A DNA stretch of 63,524 bases, filler included, from Octopus bimaculoides (GCF_001194135.2; 8 parts of 8 records of this genome joined end to end with filler, not necessarily neighbours in it); one strand, 5' to 3'; shown: positions 49,316 to 62,964, numbered from the whole stretch's first letter. Notes: generated from the sequence alone by a model not told the origin. Numbers and translations are program-made.

Positions 49316-51555
49316 TTAAATGAAAGTCCGTCTAAGGGCCACCAATTCGTACGTCAATGACATCCTTGTAGATGAAACCATAATGCCAGCTACGGATGTC
49401 ATAGGCCACCTGAAGAATTTTGGACTGGTCGCCAAGCCACCAGAGGCCATAGAGGGAGGTGCTGCACTGGGCCTCAGGCTACGGAGAGACAAGGCCATCA
49501 CGTTGGTATTTCGGCGAGAGAACAAGATCCCTGAACTGGGCACCAGCGTGGGTTGACGGGAACTGTTCTCGGTGTGTGGGAAGCTGGTGGGACACTACCC
49601 GGTTGCAGGATGGCTCCGGACAGCATGTAGCTTCATCAAGAGACGAGCCGAAGTGGAAGGACAGAGTAGGGGAGAAAACGACCGACATGATGCAGGAAGT
49701 CTTGGTCAGAGTGAGAGCAGAGGATCCAGTGAGGGGCAGTTGGTGTGTTCCCAAATCAAAGAGCGGGATCGTTTGGTGTGACGCCAGTAGCATCGCAGTA
49801 AGGATTGTCTTAGAAATGGGATGCACCGTGGTGGAAGATGCAGCCTGGCTCAGGAAGATGGATGACTGCAACCATATCAACGTGGCGGAGTTGGATGCCG
49901 TGCTGAAGGGGGTGAACCTAACCTTGAAGTGGGGGCTGTGCACCATCGAAATTNNNNNNNNNNNNNNNNNNNNNNNNNNNNNNNNNNNNNNNNNNNNNNN
50001 NNNNNCGGCAGTCATCACCAATGAGCGGAGGGTGCGAACCAAAGGGGCCACGGAGATGTTGGTAAAGCGTCGATTGGGAATATTGCGTGAGCTAACCGCT
50101 GAGTTCGATCTGAAGCTGAGCATGATTTTTGTGCCTTCCGAAAAGAACAGGGCAGACGTCGTAACCAGGGTAAAGCGAGCCTGGTTGCAGGTGCCAGAGG
50201 ATGCGGAGCAGGCTGTGGCTACAGTATGCTGTCTGAGTGACTCGGAGTTGAGGAGACTGCATACCATGCATCACATGGGAGTGGACAGGACATTGTTCCT
50301 AGCCAGGAAAGTCGACTCCGAGGTAACAAGACGGAGCGTGCAGAGAGTGGTTAGCAGCTGTGACAGGTGCCAGTCTATTGACCCTGCTCCAGGTGTACAT
50401 GAGGCGGGAAGTATTTCAGTGGACCACAAATGGAAACGACTGGCAGTGGACATAACACACTACCGGTAGGAGACGTACCTCTCAATGGTTGACTGCGGAC
50501 CGGGGTGGATGGCCATATGGAGGGAGATGAAGAGGGGGACTGCAGAGGAAATAGCGAGAGTATTAAATGAGTTATTCCTGGAGCGAAGCCCCGTGGATGA
50601 GCTGCTGCTGGATAATGGCACTGCATTTTGCTCGGAGGTGCCGAAAGAAATGCTTGATGGGTGGCAGGTCAGCCGCTTCTTCAGGGCAGCATACCGGCCA
50701 AGTGGAAATGGAGTGGTGGAAAGGCATCCTCGTACCTTCAAGACCATGGCAGAGAGGGGCCACATTTCGCCAATCGAGGCCGTATTTTGGTACAATATGT
50801 TGCCCAGGTCAGGACAGGCTGAGGAGTCGGTGCCACACAGGGCAATATTCAGGCACGAGTGGAGGCACCCGTGTATTGCATCAATGCGACACGGGGGAGC
50901 ACACCTTTGTGCAGATCGGGGAAGAAGTTTGGGTAAAACCCCCAAATGCACGGTGTACATCACAATGGGGAAAAGGAACAATAACTTCCATCAATTCAAA
51001 GAACAACGTCTCGGTCGGTGGTATGCCACGCCATGTTTTGGATGTGCGGNNNNNNNNNNNNNNNNNNNNNNNNNNNNNNNNNNNNNNNNNNNNNNNNNNN
51101 NNNNNNNNNNNNNNNNNNNNNNNNNNNNNNNNNNNNNNNNNNNNNNNNNNNNNNNNNNNNNNNNNNNNNNNNNNNNNNNNNNNNNNNNNNNNNNNNNNNN
51201 NNNNNNNNNNNNNNNNNNNNNNNNNNNNNNNNNNNNNNNNNNNNNNNNNNNNNNNNNNNNNNNNNNNNNNNNNNNNNNNNNNNNNNNNNNNNNNNNNNNN
51301 NNNNNNNNNCTATGTGTTGTTGGTGGAGAGAGATGAAGCAAACGGAAGTGAAGACAGACCGGAAGGGCCAGACTGGAAGTCGGCCACACGCGGTGGACAG
51401 CGAGCACATGGGGCCAGTTCGAAGACAGACGGCTTACGGAAAAGACGTGTTTTAATCTGGAGCGATCGTTTACTCCGCTATGGTCGACAAGGTAAGGTCC
51501 CAGTGTTTCATTCTGCCTTTTGCTTCTTGTTGTCTTTTTCCTCCATCACACCTCA
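49316..51555 (+). mobile_element. Gypsy/Ty3-like LTR retrotransposon 3' part (RT end, RNase H, integrase, 3' LTR)
   Basis: YVNDILV; WCDASS..WLRK.DD.NHINVAELDAVLKG; HHMGVDRT..CDRCQS; VDITH..LDNG..PSGNGVVER; putative LTR about 51312(TG)-51555(CA). Confidence 0.85.
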
Positions 51556-51556
51556 G

Positions 51557-52120
51557 TCTCTAAATTAGTTATATACATATATATTATATATTACGAAACC
51601 CGGTGTAATATTATACCGATTTTTGCCTGTAAGGTTGGAATAAGTTTTTATTCCCTAATATTAGTACTATAATACTTTTAATATATTTATAATACCAATT
51701 TTGTTTTAGGTTTTACCTTCAATTTTCGTTTATTATGGAACTTGCAGGTAGGATTGAACCATTAATCTGGGACTCATCATTGAAGGACGTCCCCATTCCA
51801 TCGAAAAGGGAATATACCTTTAAACTTATTAATAATATAAAGGAGTTTATTAATAGAATATGAATGTTTCTTTATATGATAAATTATATACTATTAAAAT
51901 TAATACAATTTTAGATTAAAATCTTAGATAAATATTGATATGGTATATGCCTCACAGCATGGTTTTGGACGGGTTCTTGGTTGACTGAGTTGTAGAGTGG
52001 TGGTTCATCTCTAAATTAATTATATGCATATATATTTTCTATTACGAAACCCAGTGTAATATCATACTGATTTTTGCCTGTAAAGCTGGAATAAGTTTTT
52101 ATTCCCTAATATTATTACTA
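51557..52120 (+). mobile_element. Penelope relic: direct repeats of about 113 bp flanking an N-terminal ORF remnant
   Basis: 51557-51669 resembles 52008-52120; SLKDVPIPSKREY.FKLINNIKEFINRI lies between them. Confidence 0.65.
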
Positions 52121-52270
52121 TGGAGGTGATGTACAGAAATTATATAGAAAAAAATTAAGGTACTCAGAAANNNNNNNNNNNNNNNNNNNNNNNNNNNNNN
52201 NNNNNNNNNNNNNNTTAATTAATTAANNNNNNNNNNNNNNNNNNNNNNNNNNNNNNNNNNNNNNNNNNNN

Positions 52271-52335
<65 letters not shown>

Positions 52336-52707
52336 TATACACACACATATGTACCACTATAGACATGTTTCCACATTCTCCTGCTTAACAAATATATGCT
52401 AACGTCTACATATACATTTATACACACATCTATTCTAACACACTCACACATTCAATCACAATTCTCCGGTGGCATACTCATATACTGCCATGGCACCTTT
52501 CCAGGCTGTAAATAATGAAATACCAGCATACATTAGTCTTAATAGAGGTGCAGCGACTCAGGTTTTGCAACAAGTGATGCACTCTGGCATACTGATCCCA
52601 CTACTCCATTGGAACTTTATATACACATAAATATACATGTGTGTGCATGTGTAAGTGTGTGCTTGAGTATGTATATATATGTGTGTGCTTTAATATAATA
52701 TGTATGC

Positions 52708-52753
<46 letters not shown>

Positions 52754-53176
52754 NNNNNNNNNNNNNNNNNNNNNNNNNNNNNNNNNNNNNNNNNNNNNNN
52801 NNNNNNNNNNNNNNNNNNNNNNNNNNNNNNNNNNNNNNNNNNNNNNNNNNNNNNNNNNNNNNNNNNNNNNNNNNNNNNNNNNNNNNNNNNNNNNNNNNNN
52901 NNNNNNNNNNNNNNNNNNNNNNNNNNNNNNNNNNNNNNNNNNNNNNNNNNNNNNNNNNNNNNNNNNNNNNNNNNNNNNNNNNNNNNNNNNNNNNNNNNNN
53001 NNNNNNNNNNNNNNNNNNNNNNNNNNNNNNNNNNNNNNNNNNNNNNNNNNNNNNNNNNNNNNNNNNNNNNNNNNNNNNNNNNNNNNNNNNNNNNNNNNNN
53101 NNNNNNNNNNNNNNNNNNNNNNNNNNNNNNNNNNNNNNNNNNNNNNNNNNNNNNNNNNNNNNNNNNNNNNNNNNNN

Positions 53177-53221
<45 letters not shown>

Positions 53222-53589
53222 ATATATATATATTTACATATAAAGATTATATATTTGTATAGATAGATATAGATATACACATACATGCATACACATATGT
53301 ATATATAATATACTCGAAAATGTTTATAATAAACGTTACTGGCCGAATGGTACGTGTTGAATTGACATAATCACAAAAACAATAAAAACAGACATCAAAT
53401 ATTAAAAAAAAAACTCCAATCAATATAACAACCCAATGGTTTTTTTTAAATATAAAGGAAATCCATTGTTTTATGACATCACAAAGACCTTAAAAAGAAA
53501 CATCCCACAGTAGGGATTTTGTCCATCTTAGATCCTAGGGTCTTAACTTAATGTGACCTTTGTTCGTCTTTAAAGTGTTTTTTTGTATT

Positions 53590-54540
53590 TCAGTGAACAT
53601 GGCCATTGTTTGTTCTTGTTTAACTTCCTGTTAACATGTCCATATTTCATTTCTTTTGTTAATATGGCCATTGTTTATTTCTTTTGTTAACATGACCATC
53701 GCTCATGTTCTAGTTAACATAGCCATCTTTCAATTCTTTAGTTAACATAACATGACCATCACTCATATTTCAGTAAACATGGCCATTGTTCATTTCTTTA
53801 GTTAACAGGACTGATGTTCCTGTTTAAGTTAAAAGCAATTTGTTCAACATTTTTGTTAACTCGACCATTGTTAATCTGTTAGTTAACATGTCCATTGTTA
53901 GTTAATATAGCAATTGTTCACATTTTAGTTAACATAACCATTGTTGATTTAGTTAACTGTTTCTGCTTTAGTTAACATGGTCATCGTTCATAGTTTAGTT
54001 AACACAACCATTGTCCAACTTTTAGTTAACATGCATTTGTTCATGTTTAGGCCATTATCCATTCTTTAGTCAACATCTTTTAGTTAACATGGTCCTTGTT
54101 CAGCTTTTAATTAATATGGTGGCTGTTTATGTATTTGTTAACATGGCTACTGTTCACATTTTAATTAAAATATTTTAGTTAACTTGGTTGTTGTTCATAT
54201 TTTAATGAACAAAGCCATTGTTCAAATTTCATTCAATATACCTTTGTTCATGTTTTAGTTAACATCCTTTAGGTTTACATAGTTAGTCATTCTTAATTTT
54301 TTAGGTAACATGTCCATTATTCATGTTTCAGTTAATACAGCCATTGTTCACATTATAGTTAGCATCTTACTTCATTTTTCAGTTGACATGACTGTTGTTC
54401 AACTTTTAGTTAACATAATCATTGTTCATCATCTATTTAACATTGTTTTCTCCATATGTTGAACCATTTTCAATTAACAATGGCTGTTTCCAGTCTCCAG
54501 TTAACATTGATTTCGTCTGTATTTTAGGTAACATAGCTTT
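53590..54540. repeat. Degenerate minisatellite, unit of about 27 bp, roughly 35 copies
   Basis: Recurrent TTAGTTAACAT(G)GCCATTGTTCA motif with period about 23-27 bp. Confidence 0.8.
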
Positions 54541-55041
54541 TGTCTGAATTCATTTTGGTCTTCAACCAAAATTTGTTCTCATGGATGTTGCTATGTAAAA
54601 TGACATGGATATATGTATATTTAAATTTTAAAACTCTCTATGCAATTAACACATTTATAAATTGCATTTTTAATTTTTAATTAAATATATATACCATAAA
54701 TGTACATTTTGCAGTTGTTTTTTCTTTGTTCCATTCTTTGAATTTTTTAAAATCTATATTTTTCGTTATTTCTTTCTTTACGATGGGATTTTGTTTTTAC
54801 CTTAAAAAAAAATGTCCGTGAAACGGGATTTTCTAATCCTTTCATATTAAGGGATTAGGGTTTGTATACTTTTCTCTGAAAGCTGCATTCTTTCTATTCT
54901 TAATTAACTTTTACTTGTTTATTTATTGAATTGATTAATTATTTGTTTGTTACATCATCTAGTTTAACATGATTGTGTGGCTGATAACGAAATCTTTTAT
55001 TATTATTAATAATTAATTCTATATAAATATTTAGATACTCA

Positions 55042-55072
<31 letters not shown>

Positions 55073-56049
55073 NNNNNNNNNNNNNNNNNNNNNNNNNNNN
55101 NNNNNNNNNNNNNNNNNNNNNNNNNNNNNNNNNNNNNNNNNNNNNNNNNNNNNNNNNNNNNNNNNNNNNNNNNNNNNNNNNNNNNNNNNNNNNNNNNNNN
55201 NNNNNNNNNNNNNNNNNNNNNNNNNNNNNNNNNNNNNNNNNNNNNNNNNNNNNNNNNNNNNNNNNNNNNNNNNNNNNNNNNNNNNNNNNNNNNNNNNNNN
55301 NNNNNNNNNNNNNNNNNNNNNNNNNNNNNNNNNNNNNNNNNNNNNNNNNNNNNNNNNNNNNNNNNNNNNNNNNNNNNNNNNNNNNNNNNNNNNNNNNNNN
55401 NNNNNNNNNNNNNNNNNNNNNNNNNNNNNNNNNNNNNNNNNNNNNNNNNNNNNNNNNNNNNNNNNNNNNNNNNNNNNNNNNNNNNNNNNNNNNNNNNNNN
55501 NNNNNNNNNNNNNNNNNNNNNNNNNNNNNNNNNNNNNNNNNNNNNNNNNNNNNNNNNNNNTATATATATATATATATGAGTGTACAAATTATAGGAAAGA
55601 TCCAGGGAAATAATTACAAGGTAGCTAAGTGTTGCTTAAGTGTCCATGGAAACAATGGTCACACTTGAGCAGGATTTGATTCCGAGGAGAAGCAAGACAT
55701 ATTTAGGAGAAAATAGGAAAAATTTTAAATGGAGACAGATGGTCAAGATCTTATTGAATCTATTTATATCTTCATATCATCGACATATGTTTCGATGGAT
55801 GCATTCGAAATACATCAGACAGGATGAATAATGATTAGCAATGCATCAATCTCATCGGGGAGGTTACAATATATTATACACACACACAGACAACCAAAAC
55901 ACACATACATGTGTGTGTGTGTATGTGTACATATATCAGTTATGTCATTCCTTAAGCAGAAATGTTTGTAAGTGTTTCTTGCATCATGAGTAGACCAAAT
56001 TCAATAGAATGAATAATAATAATAACAATAATAATAATAATAATAATAG

Positions 56050-56465
56050 TCCTTTCTAATATAGGCACAAGGCCTGGAAATTGTGGGGAGGGGGATAGTC
56101 AATCACATCGATCCCTGTGCTAAACTGCTACTTATTTCATTAACCCCAAAAGGATGAAAGGCAAAGTCGACTTCGGCGGAATTTGAACTCAGAACATAAT
56201 ATAATACCACTAAGTATTTTTGCTTGTTGTGCTAACGATTCTGCCGGCTCACCGACTTAATAATGATAATTATAATAATGATGATAATAATCTTTTCTAC
56301 TCTGAGCACAAAGCCTGAAATTTTGGGGGAGGCTGGTCAGTTGGCTAGAGCAACCCCAGTACACAACTGGTACTTAATTTTTCGACCCCTAAAGGATGAA
56401 ACACAAATCCGACCTTGGCAGAATTTGAACTCAGAATGTAGTAACAGACAAAATACCGCTAAGTT
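56050..56465 (-). mobile_element. Two tandem tRNA-derived SINE copies
   Basis: CCCCAAAAGGATGAAAGGCAAAGTCGAC..GAATTTGAACTCAGAA twice. Confidence 0.85.
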
Positions 56466-57344
56466 NNNNNNNNNNNNNNNNNNNNNNNNNNNNNNNNNNN
56501 NNNNNNNNNNNNNNNNNNNNNNNNNNNNNNNNNNNNNNNNNNNNNNNNNNNNNNNNNNNNNNNNNNNNNNNNNNNNNNNNNNNNNNNNNNNNNNNNNNNN
56601 NNNNNNNNNNNNNNNNNNNNNNNNNNNNNNNNNNNNNNNNNNNNNNNNNNNNNNNNNNNNNNNNNNNNNNNNNNNNNNNNNNNNNNNNNNNNNNNNNNNN
56701 NNNNNNNNNNNNNNNNNNNNNNNNNNNNNNNNNNNNNNNNNNNNNNNNNNNNNNNNNNNNNNNNNNNNNNNNNNNNNNNNNNNNNNNNNNNNNNNNNNNN
56801 NNNNNNNNNNNNNNNNNNNNNNNNNNNNNNNNNNNNNNNNNNNNNNNNNNNNNNNNNNNNNNNNNNNNNNNNNNNNNNNNNNNNNNNNNNNNNNNNNNNN
56901 NNNNNNNNNNNNNNNNNNNNNNNNNNNNNNNNNNNNNNNNNNNNNNNNNNNNNNNNNNNNNNNNNNNNNNNNNNNNNNNNNNNNNNNNNNNNNNNNNNNN
57001 NNNNNNNNNNNNNNNNNNNNNNNNNNNNNNNNNNNNNNNNNNNNNNNNNNNNNNNNNNNNNNNNNNNNNNNNNNNNNNNNNNNNNNNNNNNNNNNNNNNN
57101 NNNNNNNNNNNNNNNNNNNNNNNNNNNNNNNNNNNNNNNNNNNNNNNNNNNNNNNNNNNNNNNNNNNNNNNNNNNNNNNNNNNNNNNNNNNNNNNNNNNN
57201 NNNNNNNNNNNNNNNNNNNNNNNNNNNNNNNNNNNNNNNNNNNNNNNNNNNNNNNNNNNNNNNNNNNNNNNNNNNNNNNNNNNNNNNATGATGGCATTTC
57301 ATTTTTGTTTTTGTGGTGGATGTTTCCTAGTTAGCTAATCAAAG

Positions 57345-57351
57345 AGGGAGG

Positions 57352-57394
<43 letters not shown>

Positions 57395-58068
57395 AGGTAT
57401 ATTTTATTTATCATCATCATAATCATTGCCACCATCACCATCACCATCACCATCACCATCATCATCATCACTACAGTCATTTTCATTATAGAATAATTTC
57501 GTGTCGCTGTCTTTGGTTGTATAGCCCTAGGTTGGCCCTAAAATGAGTAAGCAGTCCCATCATGATCCAAGGCAATCCAGCCTCCTAGCCATGACCATAG
57601 TATCATATTTTTTTTTTTACCTAACATCGTTTCGAGAAGATTTGGCTGCTATTTCTAGCAGATCGATCAACCATATGGACAACATTCGTGTGGTCAATGT
57701 TGCCCTTGTTATTTCTTGAGTGGTGGTCAGCTGCTGGTTTGAACAGGATTCATGGACATATATTTTATTCATGACACTTATCATCACATTCCCTTCCTAT
57801 GTTGTAGTAGTAGTAGTAGCAGCAGTAGTAGTAGTGGTGGCGGTGGTGGTGGCGGTGGTGGTGGTGGTGGTGGTGGTGGTACTGGTGTGTGATGGGTGAT
57901 GGTGTTGGCATTTTTGTCCAGGTCATAGTAATAAAAGTAGTAGTAGCATTAGAATAGTAGTAGTGGTGGTGGTTGTTGTAGTGGTGGTAGTATTAGTAGT
58001 AGTAATGTTAGTAGTAGTAGTAGTAATTTGTATTGTACCTAATAAGCCACTTAATCACAAGCTAATGA

Positions 58069-58105
<37 letters not shown>

Positions 58106-58510
58106 GCGAAAGGTGTGATGTGGTGAGGAAGGTCGATGAAGGGGACCATTGGCAGGGGTCAGTAGGAGCAGGGCGGGGTAGGGACAGAAAACACACATGC
58201 ACGTGTGCGCGCAAACACACACACACACACAACGTATGTCAGTGGTTAGTTGTGGTGGTCATGGGTGGGGGTGGGTGGATGGAGTGCAACGAATTATTGT
58301 CAATTATCTAATGGTGTGGAATTAACCACCGCACACCCCCCTCCACCACCATCTGCTACATGTTAGCATGGCTACTCCCACCCCTGTGTAAACAAACACA
58401 CATATACACAAAACATCCTTGCTAATTTGATAACGAGGAGGAGGAGGATGGGTGTGGTGGTGATGATGATGGTGATAGTGATGATGATGATGATGATGAG
58501 GCTATAGAGG
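57345..58510. repeat. Mixed (AG)n, (CAT)n, (GTA)n, (GGT)n, (GAT)n microsatellite field
   Basis: Directly visible. Confidence 0.8.
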
Positions 58511-59303
58511 GATTAAAAGATATATGGAGGGAGGGATAAAGAGAGGGAGAGAGAGAGAGAGAGAGATGTAGAATAGACTGATAAATAATAAATAAATTTA
58601 TATAAATTTATATATNNNNNNNNNNNNNNNNNNNNNNNNNNNNNNNNNNNNNNNNNNNNNNNNNNNNNNNNNNNNNNNNNNNNNNNNNNNNNNNNNNNNN
58701 NNNNNNNNNNNNNNNNNNNNNNNNNNNNNNNNNNNNNNNNNNNNNNNNNNNNNNNNNNNNNNNNNNNNNNNNNNNNNNNNNNNNNNNNNNNNNNNNNNNN
58801 NNNNNNNNNNNNNNNNNNNNNNNNNNNNNNNNNNNNNNNNNNNNNNNNNNNNNNNNNNNNNNNNNNNNNNNNNNNNNNNNNNNNNNNNNNNNNNNNNNNN
58901 NNNNNNNNNNNNNNNNNNNNNNNNNNNNNNNNNNNNNNNNNNNNNNNNNNNNNNNNNNNNNNNNNNNNNNNNNNNNNNNNNNNNNNNNNNNNNNNNNNNN
59001 NNNNNNNNNNNNNNNNNNNNNNNNNNNNNNNNNNNNNNNNNNNNNNNNNNNNNNNNNNNNNNNNNNNNNNNNNNNNNNNNNNNNNNNNNNNNNNNNNNNN
59101 NNNNNNNNNNNNNNNNNNNNNNNNNNNNNNNNNNNNNNNNNNNNNNNNNNNNNNNNNNNNNNNNNNNNNNNNNNNNNNNNNNNNNNNNNNNNNNNNNNNN
59201 NNNNNNNNNNNNNNNNNNNNNNNNNNNNNNNNNNNNNNNNNNNNNNNNNNNNNNNNNNNNNNNNNNNNNNNNNNNNNNNNNNNNNNNNNNNNNNNNNNNN
59301 NNN

Positions 59304-59370
<67 letters not shown>

Positions 59371-59508
59371 TAATGCATACATAAACAGACAATTATGTAC
59401 ATATGCTAATATATTATATAACTTTATGTATATATATATATATATACATAGATATATATGTATGTATATATAGTATATGTATAATATGTGTGAATGTGTG
59501 TGTATGCG

Positions 59509-59562
<54 letters not shown>

Positions 59563-59605
59563 TGTATGAATGCATGTATGTACATATGTATATATTAGGT
59601 TGTAG

Positions 59606-59777
59606 GTCATGGGAGGGATTTGAGGATGTTTTTGCAGCTGCTAATCCTAGCAAGTTGTATCCCCATCTCGAGGCTCCCTTGTTTTTGAATAATACAAAAA
59701 CAGAAGACAACAACAACAACAACAACAACAAAACTAACTGCACATCCATAAAAATACTTGGGTGTGATTCGAGGAAG
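59606..59777 (+). CDS. Candidate downstream RNF19 exon (unverified)
   Basis: Open, phase-2 compatible (AG|G gives Arg), AAG|GTATGG donor; weak acceptor and no recognised homology. Confidence 0.2.
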
Positions 59778-60064
59778 GTATGGTTACCACTTCTAGCATG
59801 CTGTGCTAATATATGTGAAGCCTCGACGTTGGCATATTGTCAGGGGAATTCATAGAGTTTGAGTACATATTGTTGCCAAGATACGCTAGAGTACAAGGAG
59901 GAGGATTGCTGGAATAATCGGTGGAGTAACCACGATATATCTGGAGTGAGACCAAAAGAAGGGAGTTTTTTTTTTGTTTGTTTATTTTGTTGTTTTTTTT
60001 TTGTTTTGTTTTTTTACTTTCCAATCATTTGTTGTTTTATGATTAAGTTCAATTGGTTTGGATT

Positions 60065-60640
60065 ACTGCAGTGGTGGTGTTGGTGTTGGCAGCTGTGGTT
60101 GTGGTAGTAGTAGTGGTGGTGGTGCTGGTAGTTGTGGTGGTCATGGTGGTGGTGTTGGCAATATGTGGTGGTGGCAGTGAGGGTCATGGTTGTGGTGGAT
60201 GTGGCAGTAGTGATTGTTTTAGTGGTGGTGGTGGTGGTGGTAGTTGTGGTGGTGCTGCTAGTGTGGTATGGGTGTTGNNNNNNNNNNNNNNNNNNNNNNN
60301 NNNNNNNNNNNNNNNNNNNNNNNNNNNNNNNNNNNNNNNNNNNNNNNNNNNNNNNNNNNNNNNNNNNNNNNNNNNNNNNNNNNNNNNNNNNNNNNNNNNN
60401 NNNNNGTGGTGGTCATGGTGGTGGTGGTGGTCATGGTGGTGGTGGTGGTCATGGTGGTGGTGGTGGCAGTGATGGTCGTGGCTGTGGTGGATGTGGCAGT
60501 AGTGATTGTTTTAGTGGTGGTGGTGGTGGTGGTAGTTGTGGTGGTGCTGCTAGTGTGGTATGGGTGTTGTAGTGATGATTGTGGTGGTGGTGATGGTGAT
60601 GACCTTGTGGTGCTGGTGGTAGTGGTTGCGTTAGTGTAGA
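60065..60640. repeat. (GGT/GGC/AGT)n low-complexity block
   Basis: Directly visible; duplicated across a gap. Confidence 0.85.
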
Positions 60641-60852
60641 GGGGATGGTTCTGATGGTGATAGTGGAGGATGGGATGACAGAGTTTAAGATATTGCCAGA
60701 CTGTCAGGTTGTGACTACAAATGGTGTGTCTATGCATGTATGCTTGTATATACATATATATATATATATATACATATTGACATATATGTATATACACATA
60801 CATACATATATATAAATATATAAGTATATCTATCTATCTATCTATCTATGTA

Positions 60853-60936
<84 letters not shown>

Positions 60937-61336
60937 TAAAGAAAAGAAAATGGGAGAGTAGGAAGTTAATAACTATTATTAACAAATTGGTCATCTGTAT
61001 TTCTTACAGCCGTTTCAATTGATACTCAATAATTTAACTGCAAATTTAAGCGTTAAATCTGCATTTATGTGACATAAAGTCTGAAAATATAGAACTCCCA
61101 GTGAAATAATCAACATTGACGACATCAGTTCAACACCTGATGCATGGTACACCTGTGTGCACCTGTTCAGGTAACATTGAGTTAATGGAGGGAGTGACCA
61201 AGTGCATGGCACATACATTTGGTCACAATAAACAAATCATTTGTGCAGGTCGTAAGTCAAAAGCTGAATGCTCATTCGTCAGCTTCGATGGGAGAATCCA
61301 TCATATATAAATATATATATATTCATAAGAATCAAG

Positions 61337-61679
61337 TGAAGGCACATGGCTCAGTGGTTAAAGCGTTGAGCTTACAATCATGAGGTTGTGGGTTTGATTC
61401 CCCGACTGGGCTGCGTGTTGTGCTCTTGAGCAAGACACTTTATTTCACGTTGCTCCAGTTAACTCAGCTGTAGAAATGAGTTGCGACGTCACTCGTGCCA
61501 AGCTGTATCGGCCCCTTTGCCTTTCCCTTAAATAACATCAGTGGCATGGAGAGGGGAGGCTGGTATGCATGGGCGACTGCTGGTCTTCCATGAACAACCT
61601 TGTCTGGACTTGTGCCTCGGAGGGTAACTTTCTAGGTGCAATCCCATGGTCAGTCATGACCGAAGGGGATCTCCTCCTC
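61337..61679 (+). mobile_element. Full-length tRNA-derived SINE of a second family with 10-bp TSD
   Basis: TSD AAGAATCAAG at 61327-61336 and 61680-61689; A box TGGCTCAGTGG, B-like GGTTTGATTCC; CTTGAGCAAGACACTT..TGCTCCAGT..CTCAGCTGT body. Confidence 0.88.
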
Positions 61680-62059
61680 AAGAATCAAGGCACGTTAACT
61701 CACAAGACACCAGAAATGGCTAGGCCGGATAACAAAGAATTCATAGAGAAATAAACAACATTGAAGACATCAAATGTTGGTAGGAGACTGTCAATATGCA
61801 AATACCAAATCCAGTTTAAGCTATAGATCTGATTCAGGGATGGGTTGTGGGTGTGGCCTGGGTATAATAAGTAAACATAAATGACATTTAAAATCTTCAA
61901 CAGCTGCTTCAGAAGAATTCTATTCAGCATTTTATTTATTTTACACAATCATAAAAGGTTACATATTGATTGCATTAAATGAATATAATTGTACTGAAGT
62001 AGCTGTCATCAATTTCAAATACGATTTGTGTTTACTTTATATGTATATATATATGCGTG

Positions 62060-62097
<38 letters not shown>

Positions 62098-62489
62098 TAT
62101 ATTTATATACATACATATGTATGTATATGAAATGAATTAGACTAAACATATGTAATACATGGGGCCTTTATAAAATTGTGTGAGAAATTATTATACCATG
62201 CCCAAAAGAAAAAATATATTAACCAGTGAGCAATGATTTTGATTTGTTGGGGACAGGAAGTCAGACAACTCTGGACCTTTTCCATTGTTGTTCTGACCTC
62301 ATCAGTGAAAATCAATAAACATACAAGATTGCACACCGATTGGCATAATGAATTAGAATCATTTAGAGAATACATCATTGTATTTGTTTTTGTTTCATGT
62401 CTTCTCTGTGTGGTGTCCTATATTTGCTGACCTTGTGGGCAGTAAAGAAATCACTATTGCTGTTATTATTATTATTATTATTATTATTA

Positions 62490-62640
62490 TCAAATCGTTG
62501 AGCTGGCTGGCAAGATTAGTAAGCTGGGGAAAATATTTATTGGCATTGCTTCCAGCTTTACGTTCTGAGTTCAAATGCTGTTGAGACTGATTTTGTTTTT
62601 AATCCTTTCGCTGGTCAATAACATGTGCCAAAATTTAGAA
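62490..62640 (+). mobile_element. Diverged SINE
   Basis: GAGCTGGC..TTACGTTCTGAGTTCAAAT..TCCTTTCG. Confidence 0.65.
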
Positions 62641-62778
62641 ATCCTTAGTGTTGGAGTAGAAGCAGTACATTGTCATCATCATCATCATCATCATCATCAT
62701 CGTCGTCTTTGCATGAGATAGATACATTAATATACAGATTTTTTAAAAAATGAGATTATATGCACATATACATATACG

Positions 62779-62819
<41 letters not shown>

Positions 62820-62926
62820 GCATACATATAGACCAGACTTATGTATATGTATGTACTTAAAAAACATAATTAAGTTTTGGCCAGAACTGGTCCAGGCCAT
62901 GACTAACAGACACACACACACATATA

Positions 62927-62964
<38 letters not shown>

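Noticed and set aside
60120-60570. Duplicated GGT-rich block across the gap; Gly/His-rich ORF
   Set aside because: Probable assembly overlap of low-complexity DNA with no coding evidence.
61010-61310. Good acceptor ttcttacAG at 61009 as the next RNF19 exon
   Set aside because: The phase-2 reading stops after 4 codons (SRFN*) and the other frames also close quickly. It may be a terminal/UTR exon but this cannot be supported.
31893-61420. tRNA-like A/B boxes
   Set aside because: They are SINE heads with SINE bodies and TSDs; no complete cloverleaf is evident.
62270-62306. CTGATGA..GAAA on the minus strand
   Set aside because: Stem II and stems I/III do not pair; a chance hammerhead-like match.
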